64,000 nucleotides of DNA, taken from Callorhinchus milii (taxonomy: Eukaryota). The stretch lies in NCBI RefSeq assembly GCF_018977255.1, contig NW_024704743.1, forward strand, positions 9,488,001 through 9,552,000. The letters are read 5' to 3'. Each line of letters begins with the position of its first letter. The stretch's first letter is position 1. The notes beneath the pieces were generated by a model, which searched no databases, was not told the DNA's origin, and saw only the letters and a list, made by a program, of their open reading frames with translations. A program made the position numbers and the translations under genes. Positions 38,578-53,055 of this stretch are shown piece by piece.

Positions 38578-39914
38578 TAGTCACATGAAACTCTTTGAGA
38601 TATCCTACTACAGACATCCTACAAAGTGCCAGTGGCTAATCAATGGAGGGAAATGGCGGGTTGGTAGGATTTAAGAAGGTAGGTTGGGACAAGACCATGG
38701 AGGATTTAAAAGCGAAGACAGGGATCTTGAACTCAATCCTCAATCCAGTGGAGCCGGTGAGGCTCACATAATGGGCTCACAGAGCCTAGGAAATTATGTT
38801 TCCAATAGCTTTACAGAACATTGTGTTGAACCGAACAATTAATCATTCGACAAAAATGAACCACCGTAGGAGAAAACTGCAATCATATTTGCTTTGCTCA
38901 CTCTTCGAAATTCTCATGCCTGCCATTTAATTATAAAGCAGGCCGCTCCACACAAATACTTTACACCAAATATAGCTTCGTGAAAGAAATTCAAGATAAT
39001 GTAACTGCTCTGCTGAAACCTCCAGGTCCCAAAAGATCACAAAACCTGGAGGTTTCAGGAGAGCAGTTACATTTTCTTGAATTTCTTTCACAAGGCTAGA
39101 TATGGTGTAAAGTGTAAAGTACTTTAACATTTGATTCTAACCCTCCTAGGATCCTCAAGCATCTGTTAGAAGGTGGGAGCCTGTTGTAAAATTTATGCAG
39201 TATTAAAATAGATACTGTTCATTTTATGTACCAAAAGCTACCAGTTGTTTTTTGTAAGTAAAAATGTTGTGGAAAAACTATTCAGTATTTTGTCTGAATC
39301 TACAAGGGTCTTTTCCCTATAAAATTTCAGTCTTAACTGCTCCAAACCAATTCCCTAATAAGCATCCACCTGAGCTGACTTAGTTTTGATTTGAAGGCTA
39401 TGCCTTTATTGCTATGCTTAAGACATTATGTTTCTAAGGTAAATCCCAACAAACAGTATCTGGCAATCAACCTTTATCTCAGCAATAAATAACATGATGA
39501 TGAAAAGGACCTTTTCAATCTGCACAATATACTACTAATTGAGATCTACTGCTCCTGCACTGCACCTGGAGTAAAGTACTGAAGTTGTGTGCAAACTCAC
39601 TTCACAACATTGCAAATTTATTGGATCACCTGAATGATATTGGGATCAGTCAATGTCTCTGCCCTCACCAAAATACAACTTTCCTAAAGACATTGCGCAA
39701 ACCACAACCCAACTTGTTGGTCTTCCTTTAAACTAATAGCAAGTGGCTTTAAAAAAAAGTGACTTACAAAGTTAAGATCTTGTCTCTATATTGCAGTATA
39801 TTGATCGGTTTCTGCTAACTAGAGTACTAAGGAACGACAACTGAACTAACTACTATGTTCCAAAGAGGGATCTCAAAAGGCTCACCATACATGCTTTCAC
39901 TTTTTTCTCTATGG

Positions 39915-40310
39915 CCTCACCCGAACTTATCTCTGCACCCACCTGGAACCCCACTGTCCCAGCCACTGTCTCCATTCCATGAACACTGACCGGCCTGTTT
40001 CACATCCCCCACCCACTTTAGGTGGGCGAGCTTTCTGCAATTCTGAAAGCTCGCCCTGGTCTCCATAGCTCCTGGTCTCCTGATCTTTGGAGCTCCTGAT
40101 CTCTGGAACCCCATCCTGAAGTCCCTCCACCTTGTCTCTACCCACGTTGCCTTCAAAACGTGCTCTCTTTGACCATGCTTTCGGGAATCTTTCTAACACC
40201 ACCCCCCCCAGGCTCCCAGTCCTGGAGCTCCTGGTCTCTGGAGCATGAGGCTCTTCGAGACTACCTCCAACATGAAAGCCATTATATAGATGTAAGTTTT
40301 TGCTGTTATT
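39915..40310 (+). mobile_element. L2 LINE 3' end, diverged
   Basis: ctctggaaccccatcc...ccttcaaaac...tttgaccatgctttcgg; tail atgaaagccattatatagatgtaagtttttgctgtt. Confidence 0.7.
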
Positions 40311-41619
40311 ACTAAGCACAATTGAATTACATGTATCAGTTCACAATAATACTCTATAATTTCATATCATTCTCTTAAGTCCTGATTTCTAAAATTTCTA
40401 AAATAATTATATAGCACCATTCATGCACTATAGCACTTCATAGAGACAGGGTTATGGGAAACTAGAACACAGCGGTATATTGACTAAGAAGAATAAGAAA
40501 TGTTCTCTGATCCACCAGAAATTCAAGTTGGAACACGCTAAAGTTAATAATCGCTGTGATGAAGCTTTTGTCCTGAGAACTCTTGGGTTATGCTTTGTGC
40601 TTACCAGCAGAGTAGAGTTTCTGATTTATAATATAGAGACGGGTGGGGCAAGGAGAGGAGAGGTAGCTTCCCGGAGTGCTTAACAGTGGTGGTGTCTGAC
40701 TGAACCAGGGAGAGCGAGGTGGCCATAAGCACAATAAAAAAGGAAGATCTTTAGGCGGTCTAAAGACATTTCTTGATTTGAAAGTGGGAAGGGAGGGGCA
40801 AGGCAGAGGGATTGAAGGAGAGAGTTCCACAGCTTTGGGGCATAGTGACTGAAAGAACACAAAATCATTCAATCTTACAAAGATCAGTGGAACATTTTAT
40901 GGTATTGGAGGGCACAGGGAAAGAGATTGATGGTTTCTTGGAAAAGCAAATACCAACATGAAAAAAATGGACTGAATGGCTTCCTGCTGTGTTGGGATAT
41001 TTCTGTAGTTCTAAGGTCGCTAATACATGTCAATAATAACAAGTGTTTCAGAGGAGATAGAGGCCATCAGTAATCCTTAAACTATTTCACGTCCTTCTGT
41101 TCTTGCCTACGACAGAACCAATATGCCAGTGTTTTCAAGGAAATACAAGCCCAGTCCTGAAGAAAGAAAGGCAAATCACCAAGCTTGATTTGAACGATTC
41201 GACTTCTTTCACAAAGCCACCCACACTGCACAATGGCACATTATCCTTCAATGTCAGTGGGAGATAAGAATCAAAACTAGAATACTGCTTCCAATACAAG
41301 ATAAACAAGCCATTTTACACCAAGCTCAGTTCACTTGCACCACAATTACTCTCAGAAGTTTGTCGCAATGTAAATAATTTTTTAAATAGATGATAATTTC
41401 AGACATTAAACACAAGGCCAATGAGAGTAGCGAGCAGGAGGAGGGGGTAAGAGGGGACAAACTGTATAGTGGAGGGAATATTCGCACCAGAAGAGAGAAG
41501 GGTGGAGGAGACTGCGCCAGCAGAATGAATAACCTCGTTTATGGACATTAAAAGAATCCTCGAGCTCCTCATGTGGGTGAATCGTCCTGAATAAGCACAA
41601 AGCACCCACCCAGGTACAG

Positions 41620-41927
41620 GTGGAGTCCTGTAGCTCAGTGGTTACAGCACTTGCCTTGCAAGCAAGGGACCTGGGTTTGATTCCCAGCAGGGCAAAACCT
41701 TGGGCAAGTTTCCTTACTCCACACGCCTGATAATAATCCCTCAAGAAAAAAAACAATAATAATTGGTCATTTCAATCCACGACTGCTGTGCACAATTGGC
41801 TGCTGCGCTTCACCCACAAATATACAGTTGATTCACTTTACACTTATAGAGACACTTTCTGGGAAATGCTTTGCGATGTCTAGAAGATGTGAAAAGCACT
41901 ATATCAAATCCATGGATTATTATTATT
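41620..41927 (+). mobile_element. Family A SINE, short form, full length
   Basis: gtggagtcctgtagctcagtggtt...cacacgcctgataataatccctc...(att)n. Confidence 0.9.
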
Positions 41928-43149
41928 GTATATATTTATTATCCAACAATTTCCTTGACCCAGGAAGTACACACGAGTGATAGAGGTGATGGATGGATTC
42001 ACTCCAGTCTTCAGTGCTGCAGCTTGCACACTGAAGGCTAGAATAAAGAAACTGAATTGCCACAAATAATCCCGAAGCTTCAGAGACTGCACCTTCCACA
42101 ATCTGCACATTCATCAACTGACACTGAAGTGCTACAGCACAGGCTGGAAGGTGACTTGTCAGCGCTCAGCGTGAATGGAGATCCCATCTTTACCAGGTGA
42201 AATAAAGGTCGAAACAAACATGGCGCTTCACTCAGCCAAACATTTCCATCTGATAAACGCACAGCTGGTTGAATAAATGTAAGCAGTTTATTACATTATA
42301 GCCCTTTCGTTTTTAAAATAAACACCTTGAACTATTTTACTGCCCTGAAAAATGAAGGAGTGTTATCGAGACTCAGGCTTTTAACTCTTCCATTGATGAT
42401 GTAGCAGTCAAACCTTCTTTTGTGATCGACACTTATGCTAGGCTCTGTTTTTAAAAATGGGGGGAGGGGGGAAATCACATTTTCTCTGAGCTTCACTTCA
42501 CCCGATGTATTTTGCGGGCGTATGGATTATCTTTAGCAAGCAGGCGCATAAATAAAATTTAAAACAGCAGTCTCTCGAGATCACCTCTACAAATCAAATC
42601 CCATGTGATTTTCCATAATGTTACAATTACCTACCGTAGGCCTGCTCTTCTTCATTCACTCACTGAACCATCGCATGGAAATGAAAATCTAGTCACCCAA
42701 CAGAGGGAGAGAACACGTCTCTGGAAAATTTCCAACTCCAGTTTGCACAATGGTCGGGGGGGGGGGGGGGAGAGGGTGTGGGCGGATATCTTTCCTCAGG
42801 AGTTCTCCCCTATCTTCATTTTACATTCGGGAAAATTCCGAGCACTTCCGAGCTTTTTTTCTGAAATCCCAGGTGATCTCAAAGATACTAAAATAGGAAA
42901 CTATAATGAAATATTTAAATGCACAAGTTACCACTGAGAAACTAGTTGCACCAAGTCGGAAAGAGACAGAGCAAGGACTGTTGATGGATTTTAAGCTATG
43001 TTAAATGAAGAAGTCCAACACGGAGAGTAGATAATCTATTGCACCTCATTAGTTCAAACTTCACATACACCGTGAATTATACTAAATTAGTACAAAATCT
43101 GCAGGTAGCTACGCCAAGCTGAACAACCAATGCCAACTGAGAGACGCTT

Positions 43150-43820
43150 AACAATAATCTTTCATTTGGTATGCAGTCTTTCATGACGGGAGGACATCTC
43201 AAAGCACTTCACAGGATGTACTTAAAATAAAGTGTAGTGACTGTGCATTTTGTAGGCAAGTGTGGCAGCCAGTTTATTCACAGCAATGTCCCACAATCAG
43301 CTGGTGAATGTGAGCAGCCAGATCATGTACCAAAAAATTATCTACGCTCCTATTACAACCTTAAGGATGCAAAAAAGGCTATGCATCAAGGTTGGTGGTC
43401 AAGTGAATATTAATTCCCGTTATATAGCCTCGAGACTTTTCACAGCTTCAGATACATATTCAGTCATTCATTTACTAGGTTCCAAAAGTTGCCTCTGCAG
43501 TTGACTCCACTGTGTGTACATAATAATAAAATTAATTTTAAAAAAATTGCATCTGATACTGATTCATAGCAGAAAGCCATCTCAAAGTGTTTCACAGGAT
43601 TTACTATGAAGTATACATACTGTATTTTCTGGGCTAAAGCAGTAGCCAATTTGTGCCCAGCAATGGTCCGCAAACAACCAAGCGGTGAATGACCAAATTT
43701 ATCAGTGATTGTTGGCCAGGAAACCGGGAAAAACTCCCTTCTCTTTTCAAGTAGTGTCATGAGATCTTTAACTGTCACCTGAACTGGGTTTAACTTGGTT
43801 TAAGGTCTCATTTGAAGAGC
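43150..43820 (-). mobile_element. Two Deu-SINE 3' fragments (about 43150-43310 and 43520-43820)
   Basis: catctcaaagcacttcacagga and cagcaatgtcccaca; atgagatctttaactgtcacctgaac. Confidence 0.7.
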
Positions 43821-44826
43821 GGATGAGTGGTCATGAGTGTTCTTGTAGCAGAAAGCTTTAATAAGATAACTACTGCTGCCCTTAGCCTCTGAACAATCCA
43901 ATGAATGTCTCATAGTTTATGTTTGCATTAACCATCCAGCTGAACACTTCAAACGTTTCTATGTACCATTATCAGGCAAGACCAGAGTGACACTGACATC
44001 CTGAGGCTAAGCAGTCAGCACATATTGAGGCAGTGGCAGCAAGGCCCCGACTCCTCTTCATCCTTTGGGCAGTGATGGAATGTGGGGCTCATTCACTGCT
44101 GTGTTTTTGGACTGTTTCTCAGAATAGTCCCCAACTGCACTCAATTCTTTCTGATCTGAAAGTGGGCTCATTTGAGCATTGAGGTTTTGGAATCAAAAGT
44201 CAAATGTGGTAATCTATGAATGGCATCCAGCAAGTTAAAAGGCCATAATGAGCCATTTTTCTGAGCTTGCAATACAAAAACATCTGTAACGTTCAACTTA
44301 ATACAATAGTCACAATATATGTGACCACAGAAAACAATCTCTGTAATGAGCAACTTCACTCAAAAGTATCTTTGCATCAAACAATTTACCCAGAAATTTT
44401 TCACCAAATATCTATTCAGTGATAATGTCCATTTTAGACCAACACAAAGGAAATGCATTTGTACGTTGGTTTCACTGAAGCCAATGTTTCCTGAGATGTA
44501 TCCCTTTCCATTGTCAGTTTTAAGTAACTATATTTACACAGACTTTTTAATTGAACTCGTTATTATAGTACTTTTTCATTTCTTCGGTCCTACCAAAATT
44601 GAGATCCACTTAATACAAGTTCTTTTTTCATGTTCTCCACCATTCGGTCACTCAAAGAAGCTGTTTTTTTCTTTCTGTGGGGTACTATTCCACTGACTGA
44701 AGAACGTCTCCTTCCAAAAGAGTGTTGATGTGAAAGGACAAATCTCGTCACTTTAGCAGACTTCTAAATTTCCCTGAAATGATCCTACAGTTATTCTAAA
44801 TATTATTTCTGCCCATCTTTCAAATC

Positions 44827-45249
44827 AATAATTCTTGCAATTGATATTATGCCTGATTGCATCATCCAGAATTCTCAAAGCTGCCCACAGAATGTATTGT
44901 AAAATGTAGTGACTGTATTTTGTATATAGATGCGCAGCCAATTGTCCCACAAAAATGTTCCACAAAGAGCTATGAAGTGAATGATCGGTTTTATTTGGGG
45001 AAAATGTTGGCCAGGACACTGGGAGAAACTCCCTTCTCTTTTGAATAGTGCCATGGGATCTTTAACATCCACCTGAACAGGCAGATATCCGTGGTTTAAC
45101 ATCTCAGCCAAAGGATGACATCTCCAACAATGCAACATTTACCCAGCACTAGTTGATGTGTCAGCCTAGACTGAATTCACAGTCCCAATGTGTGGTTTGA
45201 ACCCACAATCATCTGATTCAGAGGCAAGAGGGCTACCAACTGAGCCAGT
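44827..45249 (-). mobile_element. Deu-domain SINE, full length
   Basis: Head tggctcagttggtagccctcttgcctctgaatcag...gggttcaaacc, Deu core gccatgggatctttaacatccacctgaacaggcaga (plus strand), L2-like tail. Confidence 0.88.
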
Positions 45250-46182
45250 CAAACCTGTACAACATAAGCTTCTGTGCAATAGTCTATAGAGGCACTGAGA
45301 ATTTCAGTGGCAGAGTCAACCACGTCAATAACTGATAACTATGAGTAGAACAAAGGAGACAATGAATTCAGGAGGGCAAACCAAGATACAGAAACTTGAT
45401 GGATTCAGAGCATTCATGAAAATCTGACCTCTTATTGACAGCACAGTGGAGATCTATAGGCCCATTGCACTTGCATTGGTCTCTGAATGAGACTCTGTTT
45501 AGCATTGTTAAAAAAAAGTCACTATACGTTACAGTAAATATTATTACAGTAAATTCTGTGAAGCATGTTGAAATGCCCTCCCAACGTAAAAGGTTCTAAA
45601 TCAAATGCAAGGATTTTTCTTCATTTGTCCATATCCTATAATTCCATTAAAATAGATTGTGAGTGCTTGACTGACTAGTAGGTAGCTATAATAGGATTAC
45701 ACTCTTACAAAATTGGAGCTTCATGTATCAATAAGAAATGTAATCTGTTCCCCAGTGATGCTCAATCGCAATTGGATAAATGATGCAAATTTAATGCCAA
45801 CAGAGTAAAAGATGCTATGCTGCCATTAAATTGGGATTTAACATATGGGAAATTTTCTCCCAAATGTAGTGATGGTCAAAAAAGTGTACGGCATAGTGTA
45901 CAGATTTCAAAAGTTGTACAGGAATTTCTTCATCCCCTGTTAAAAGGAACACTTACAACTGAAAATTCCCAGAGAGCTTCTGAAGGAATTTTGCTCCACA
46001 AGTGACCTTTTGTAAGTCTGGCTCTCCTTATGCTTTAAATGGTACCACAAAGTATTTCTTTGACTGGTAATATATACTTGTGCTTCAGCTGTGGTGGTCT
46101 ATCAAGCAAGGAGCCACTTAAGAGGGGAAAAAAACCTTTCCCAAGGAAATCTTGGATTGTGAACAAGGACACTTTACTACCA

Positions 46183-46455
46183 ATAATAATCCTTGAATTT
46201 GATAAAGCACCTTATCACATAGCCAAGACGTCTCAAAGCGCTTCACAGGATATACTGTAACATGGTTTGACTGCGTATTTGTGGGAGAAAAGTACAGCCA
46301 GTTTGCACACAGCAATGAAACGAGTGACCAATTTTATTTGGGGTATTGTTAGCCAGGACACCAGGAGAAAACCCCTTCTCTTTTCAAATCTTTCCAAGGG
46401 ATCTTTAACAGGCAGATGGGATCTCGGTTTAACGTCTCATCCGAAGAACACCTTG
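46183..46455 (-). mobile_element. Deu-domain SINE, 3' part
   Basis: aataataatccttgaatttgata...acgtctcaaagcgcttcacagga...ggtttaacgtctcatccgaa. Confidence 0.8.
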
Positions 46456-46479
46456 TCATGGTATGAACAATACAAAGCA

Positions 46480-48725
46480 CATTTATCTTAAGCCTCCTTT
46501 TTCTGTTTTATTTTAATCCCAATTTCCTTATTCATCCAGGGAGTCTTCCAGTTGAGTATCTTCACCTTTAATTGTTCTTTGTCCCTTGCCATAAATATTC
46601 TAAACTTAATGATGTTGTGATTTCTGTTGTCCAGATGCTCTCCTACTGAAACCTGCTCCACTTACCCCACTTCATTCCCCAGAACTAGATCCAGCACTGC
46701 TTCCTTCCTTGTTGGGCTGGAAACATGCTGATACAGAAAGTTATCATGCACACATTTCAGGAATCCTTCCCTCTCCTTGCCCTTTACACTGTTATTTTGC
46801 CAGTCTATGTAAGGATAATTGAAGTCTCCCATTATCACTACTCTATTGGTTTTGCATCTTTCTGAAATCTGCTTGCAGATTTGCTCATCTATCTCCTTCC
46901 CACTATTTGGTTGTCTACAGTATAGACCTAACAGAGTAACAACTCCTTTTCTCTAACCAAATAGATTGTTTCTGGACCCTCTAGAACATCATCCCTTTCC
47001 AGGGCCGTAACCGTGTATTTAATCAATATTGCCACAACCCCTCCTTTTTTTCTTCCCCATCCCTCCTGAATACATTGTAGCCAGGAATATTCAGCTCCCA
47101 TTCCTGCCCCTGTTTGAGCCAAGTCTCCATTATTGCCACTACATCATAACCCCATGTGGCAACTTGAGCCGCAGCTCACCAATCTTATTTGTCACACTCC
47201 GTGCATTTACGCACATGCACTCCAAGACGACTGCCCTGCATTCCTCTCCTGTTTAATCCCTCCTTTTTCTGGACTATTCCTTATTACATTATGATTCATC
47301 TCTCTCAGCCCTCTCTATAACTTGTTTGTCCTCTCTAATGCTACATCTTGATTCCCTTCCCCTCTCGAAATTAGTTTAAACCCTTCCCCACAGCACTCAT
47401 TAACATCCCTACAAGGACATTGGTCCCAGCCTTGTTCAGGTGTAACCCATCCACCTTGTACACATCCCACCTGCCCCAGAACTGGTCCCAATGATCCAGG
47501 AACCTGAAGCCCTCCTTTCTGCACCATTTCTCCAGCCATGCATTCATGTGTTTGATCCTGCTGTTTTAATACTCACTTGCACATGACACTGGGAGTAATC
47601 CAGAGATCCCCACCTTTGAGATCTTACGCTTCAGCTTTTTCCCTAGCTTCTGATATTCTCCCTGTAGGATCTCAGACCTTTTTTTCCCTATACTATGGAT
47701 CCCAAAATGGACCCTTCCCCCTGTAGAATGTTTTGCACCCGTTCCATGATGTCTTCAATCCTGGTACCAAGGAGGCAACATACCATGCAAAAGTCACATC
47801 TTTGGTTGCAGAAATGCCTGTCTACTCCTTTCACCATTGTGTCCCCAATAACAATTGCATTGATACTCTTCCCTGTGTGCCCCTGTGCATTCATTTGTTT
47901 TTGACTCCCCTCCCCAGAGGTATCATCACCCTCTCCGGTATTCAGTACAGAGAAGTGGTTTATGAGTGCCACACTCTCAGGGGATTTCTACACTACCTGT
48001 CAGTCTTCTTCTGCCCCCTTCCTACCATGCCGGATAGTCACCCACTCATTCTCCTTTGGAACTCTCTGTGGCTGTGAGGTGACCAAGTCCTGAAACGTTG
48101 GATCCATGAACTCTTCAGTCTCTTGTATACTATGTAGTGACAGCAGTCTCTCCTCAAGCTCAGAAACCCTGAGCTCAAGCTCAAGCAGCCGGAGGCACTT
48201 CCTACACATGTTTGTCGAGGGCACACAAAGCATCCTGGAGTTCTGACACAGCACACACTGTGCATGCAACTGGTTTCAGCTGCCCTGCCATATTGCCAGA
48301 CATGTTTTATATTATTTTAATATAATATTATATATGTTATAATTATGCACCTCTTTCCCACTCTCACTTAACAGAATTCTCACACTGCTGAGCTCTCTGC
48401 TCAAGTGAGGTTCTCACAAGTCTTGTCCTTTATATAGGACTTCAAACAAAACCACCCAGTTTCAACTGGTCAGCAAATTTATTATTTCCCAACACCTGGC
48501 CTATGATTAGCTGCTAATTGACTTGTTTGCCTGCTTATATATAAGGTTGCCTCTACCTCAAAAAAGATTTCTCACTCTTCTGCTGAATGAAAGAGTCCTC
48601 TCTTGCTCTCTGGTATCTCTCTTGCTGAAGAATTCCCACTCTCACCAAATTCCTTGACAGAATTCTCACTCCGTTCCACCTCACTCAGTTCACTCCTCAC
48701 GCTGTTGGGCTCTCTGCTCAAGTTG
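46480..48725 (-). mobile_element. CR1 LINE, 3' truncated: probable 5' UTR, ORF1 and the APE part of ORF2
   Basis: 46480-47555 is the inverted homologue of 5171-6400, with an internal deletion. ORF1 relic lies upstream. Confidence 0.9.
47371..48291 (-). pseudogene. CR1 ORF1 relic: Cys-rich zinc finger, coiled coil, SGNH esterase-like domain
   Basis: MAGQLKPVACTVC...CRKCLRLLELELRVSELEERL...NHFSVL...AIVIGDTMVKGVDRHFC...VCCLLGTRIEDI; frameshifted; ends ...GLN-stop at 47373-47371. Confidence 0.8.
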
Positions 48726-49544
48726 TGATTCAAATACTCTGATGCATTTGTAAGACCCAAGGTTTAAGATTAAGTTAAGTTATTAGTGTTAAAATACCTC
48801 AGTGTGGTTTGCAGTTCAAGTAATTAATAAGCACCATAGAAACAGAATTCTAAGAACACATAATTCTTCATTAGCTAACACCGCAACCAAATTAAATCCA
48901 CTCTGGGACAGTTCCGGTAAGAGTGTGAACGTGATCAGTTTTTTTTTAATTTGCTTCATAGCTGTGCGCAAATTGGTTGGCAGGTTTACCTATAAATATA
49001 CAGTCACTGTACTTCACAATAAAATGATTGTGAAATGGTTTGAGATGTCTCAACAAATCATGAGCACTATTAGATGTAAGGATTATTATGACAGTGACTA
49101 CACTTTACAGAAACCTTTGTGAAGTGTTTGGAGATGTTTCAACATAAGATCATCATCATCATCAATCATCCTCATCCCTGCTTGTTTGGAAAACCTGAAT
49201 GGCACGTTTTAGTTCTCTCTCTCCCTTTCTCTGAGACGCAGTGTGCGTTATAACAACAACAACATTCGATTTATAGAGCGCCTTTCACGTCGGGAGGACG
49301 TGTAAGTGTGCTAGAAAGACAGTTACACCAAAAATATGGGTCATGTCGACATTGCAACATCAGAAAATAGAGAATCTGAAGACATATTGTGAGTTCACCT
49401 GGCCAGTCGTGAAGAAAAATGAATTGAGAGATTGGAAAAAAGACACTGTGCTACGCAAAGGGATTGTTAAATCCATAATATATTTGAAAGGAAATTGGAC
49501 AAATATTTGAAAAAATATTGAAAAGTGCAGGGGAATACGATTAT

Positions 49545-49850
49545 GACAACAACTTGCATTTATATTGTACCCTTCAAACGGGGTAGAGTCTCTGAGCACT
49601 GAACAGTAGTGGAACCTAACCTAGGGGGGAGGAGGTGACCGTAAAACCACGGTCGAAAAGGAAGGTCTTCAGCATTATCTGAAAAAGAGGGGGTAAGGCA
49701 GAATGGTTGAGGGAAAAGAGAGTTCCAAAGTTTTGGGTCGTAGTGGCTGAAAGCACAGCCACCGAAGATGGAGTGGAGGGGATGAGGGACAAGTGGGAGG
49801 CCGGAGCCTGCTGAGTGAAGCAGGTCAGAAAGGTACGGAGGTGTCAGAAC
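49545..49850 (-). mobile_element. L2 LINE 3' end
   Basis: PPYLSDLL...GGCAFSHYDPKLWNSL; tail acaacaacttgcatttata. Confidence 0.8.
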
Positions 49851-50235
49851 ACTCAATAGATAGAGGTTGAAAGTGGGGGAACTAGAACCAGAACCAGCAT
49901 GGAACACAGAAATTCCTCCTGCTCTAAACTTTGTACAGTAAATTTATCAGTCTAATCTGTGCTGGCGCTGCTGCAAAACCAGCACAGTTAAAAACACACA
50001 AAATGCTCCCGACGGTAGAACCTTCCAATTACAAATACACCAACCAAAACAAATCCTTGAACTATTCCAGCATTTCTCTTTTTGCATTCCTGGAAACGTA
50101 CACTCATCAAGACAAAAGAGCCACTTGATAGCTTCAGCCCACAGAAAATCAATGCAATTGCCAATAAATTCAGTGCATTTTGAAAATTTATAAAGCCCAA
50201 CAAGAATACTATAAGAGAAACTATGAAGCACTTCT

Positions 50236-50575
50236 GAATAATAGCAATCCTTGCATTTGATATAGCATCCTTCAAGCTGGAAGAATGTTTCAAAGAGCTT
50301 TGCAAGACTTTTACTGTAAGTGGAGCAACTGCGTATTTTACAGGCAAACATGGCAGCCCATACGAGCACAAACAGCCATAAAGTGAATGACCAATTTTAT
50401 CTGGGCGACTGTTGGCCTGGACGCCAAGAGAAACTTTCTTCTTTTTTCGCCATGGGATCTTTAATGTTCACCTGAACAACTAGACAGGATATTGGTTTAT
50501 CATCCAAAAGCCAGCATCTCCAATAATCCAGCACTCCCCTGGTATTGTATTGGAGTGTCAGCCAAGGCTATGTGA
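50236..50575 (-). mobile_element. Deu-domain SINE
   Basis: aatccttgcatttgatatagc...gccatgggatctttaatgttcacctgaac...ttggagtgtcagcc. Confidence 0.8.
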
Positions 50576-53055
50576 AGAAGCTCATTCTGATAACTTGTGG
50601 GTAAATTTGTGTGGTATTCAGATGCAACAGATTAGGAGCTTCCAGGTTTCTCTAGTCTGATCTCATAGTAGTAGTGACGCCATTACAATCACTCAACCGA
50701 AGAATGATACCACTGACAATACAGCGCTCCCCCAGCCGAGGGAGCGTCAGCCTCGAACGAGCTCAAAACCTGACGTGGGTAGAACCCACAATTGTCTAAT
50801 TCGGAGACGAGAGTGCTATCAACTGAGCCACAAATATAGATTCTGTAGCCTTCAGTCCTTCTCTCACTTTACTCACTGTGGAGAGGAAATGCAGTACATG
50901 TGACCAAGCTCTCATCAAACTTAGAATAAATGAAGGAGGATCAGATACCATACTAGGGAAGGAGGATGCAATTGAGCAAAAACTCACTGCCTCAGATACT
51001 TATCGAATGGAAAAGTTCAGAAGTATATCTGTCCAACAAGCCAAGAAAAGAAAATTTTGTTTGGCAAGCTTCCATTCAAATGTCCTATAAGATTTTTTTT
51101 AAACCTTCGAAGGCAAAATATTATTTGAAAACCTAACCAAACAGAGACATTACTTAAAGTTATTTTTGTTGTTGTAGAAATATAAGTGAACAGGAACTAC
51201 TTCCTGTTCATTTACATTTACGGATAATTCTACAGATCCTTGTGTTTCAGAAACAAAGCAGCAGAAAATTGCATCTTCCAGCACAAAACAGTGTAATAAT
51301 CTGAGAAAAACTCTGGATCTAGTGATGTTTGCCAAGGATGTCCAATACCATATCTGCCCACACGCTTTGAGGAATGTCACGCCTTGTGGACAGATAATTA
51401 GAAGCAACAGGATTGAAGCTGGTCTTTTTTTTCTCAGAATAGTAAATGATACACATCGTGAAAGTTTATAACGCATCAGAACCACATAGAAACTGAAAAA
51501 ATTTACAAAAATACAGCGATGCATTTTAAAAGCCATAAAACTCAGACTACAAAGGATTAGTCAGCACACTAAGCACATGTAAAGTCAGATGGTTGGGAGA
51601 ACGAGCCTATGTGTATGAAAATATGCATTTTTGAAGTAACATTGACACAGGAAATCTCCAGTGGATGGTTATATTCACAAAATGACAGTGCATGTCCATC
51701 AGTTAATACCAAAATTGAGCTTCTGTTGTATTGCCCTTAGTTGCTGAAAAGCAAACAAAAACTATACCAGCTTTCTTTAAAAATATTTTTTTATGCGTTT
51801 ATAGCATTTCAAAAAGCTTTGCAAGACTGACTGTAAGAGAAAACTGTGTTTATCTTCTTCAAAAAAATGACTGAGATAGGTGCCAAAGACTGGCAAATAT
51901 CCCAAAATGCTAAATGGCATCACATAATGTCTAAATATCCAGTGAGGATTACATTTAATAAACTATATATTTTGTATTTACAGAGAATGTCTAAACTTGT
52001 GAGCACTTGGCACTTTTTGCCCGACTAGAAAAAAAAAGGAAAGAGAATGCATTTCATCAAATATCTATGTCAAAGAGAAAATAATTTTCATTGAAATATC
52101 ACACCAAGTACGGCATTATCACGCAAGCAATGTTTATTGCACTTAAGAGTTTTAAAATGGACATTTTCTAGAAGCAAATTGCTTCTAACTGTCGAATCAA
52201 CATCTCTTTGATAGGTTTTGAAGTGAATCATTAATAATAGAAACCCACACAGATAAGTCAGCACTCAAGAAGTTGAGCAGCTGAAACCTTTGTAACTTCA
52301 ATATGCTCAATAATCCTCACTTGGCCTTGGGTGGTGGTGTGTGGGGTGCTGGTGAGGGGTGGAGGGGTCGGAGGGACAAGTGGGAGGGAGAAAGAGGAAT
52401 TCACCCCAAATGTCAGAGATAATTATTGACAGCAATTTCAGTTGATGTGATAATCATCCCTGTGATATAAACACACACTGCAATTTTGCCTGCGTATGCC
52501 ATACAACTTTAATTGAATTTTTCTCTGGTATCATTGATTCTACAGAATATGGCTTGTAATCCCACAGATTAGGAACAAATATTCAAACTGTCTCAAGGCG
52601 AAAATCTTTGGTGTAGGACAAACTGGCCTTAGAAACATACAAAATGAGAGAAGTCTGTTCTGGCCTTGAATAGCCACACAATGGAGCTTCAAGATCTACA
52701 TTAATAAATGGGATGCCACACACTGCAACTATCCTGGTTTATATCTTTAATTGCCATATAACTCTTGAAACATTCCTGACCAAAAATATCTCTCATCAGT
52801 TCCAGGCAGTCTAGTGGGATACACAAGTGCTCTACCCATCCATCCCATTGTGGGTGAAAGCACAATCAGCAACAAAGCAAGCATCATCAGCAGTGTCCTT
52901 GTATTCACCGATAGATATAAGAGCCAGAAGCGAATGAACTATTCAGCAGCTACCAAAAGAAGTATAGATGAAGGCAGTGCCATTGGCTCCTCTGATCATT
53001 GAAATTACAGCATAGGAGAAGGCCATTTGGTCCACTGACCCTTAGCTTGTGCTAA

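Noticed and set aside
45848..45970. Possible MITE with gggaaattttc...gaaaattccc termini
   Set aside because: The inverted repeat is only about 10 bp and imperfect, with no clear TSD and no second copy seen.
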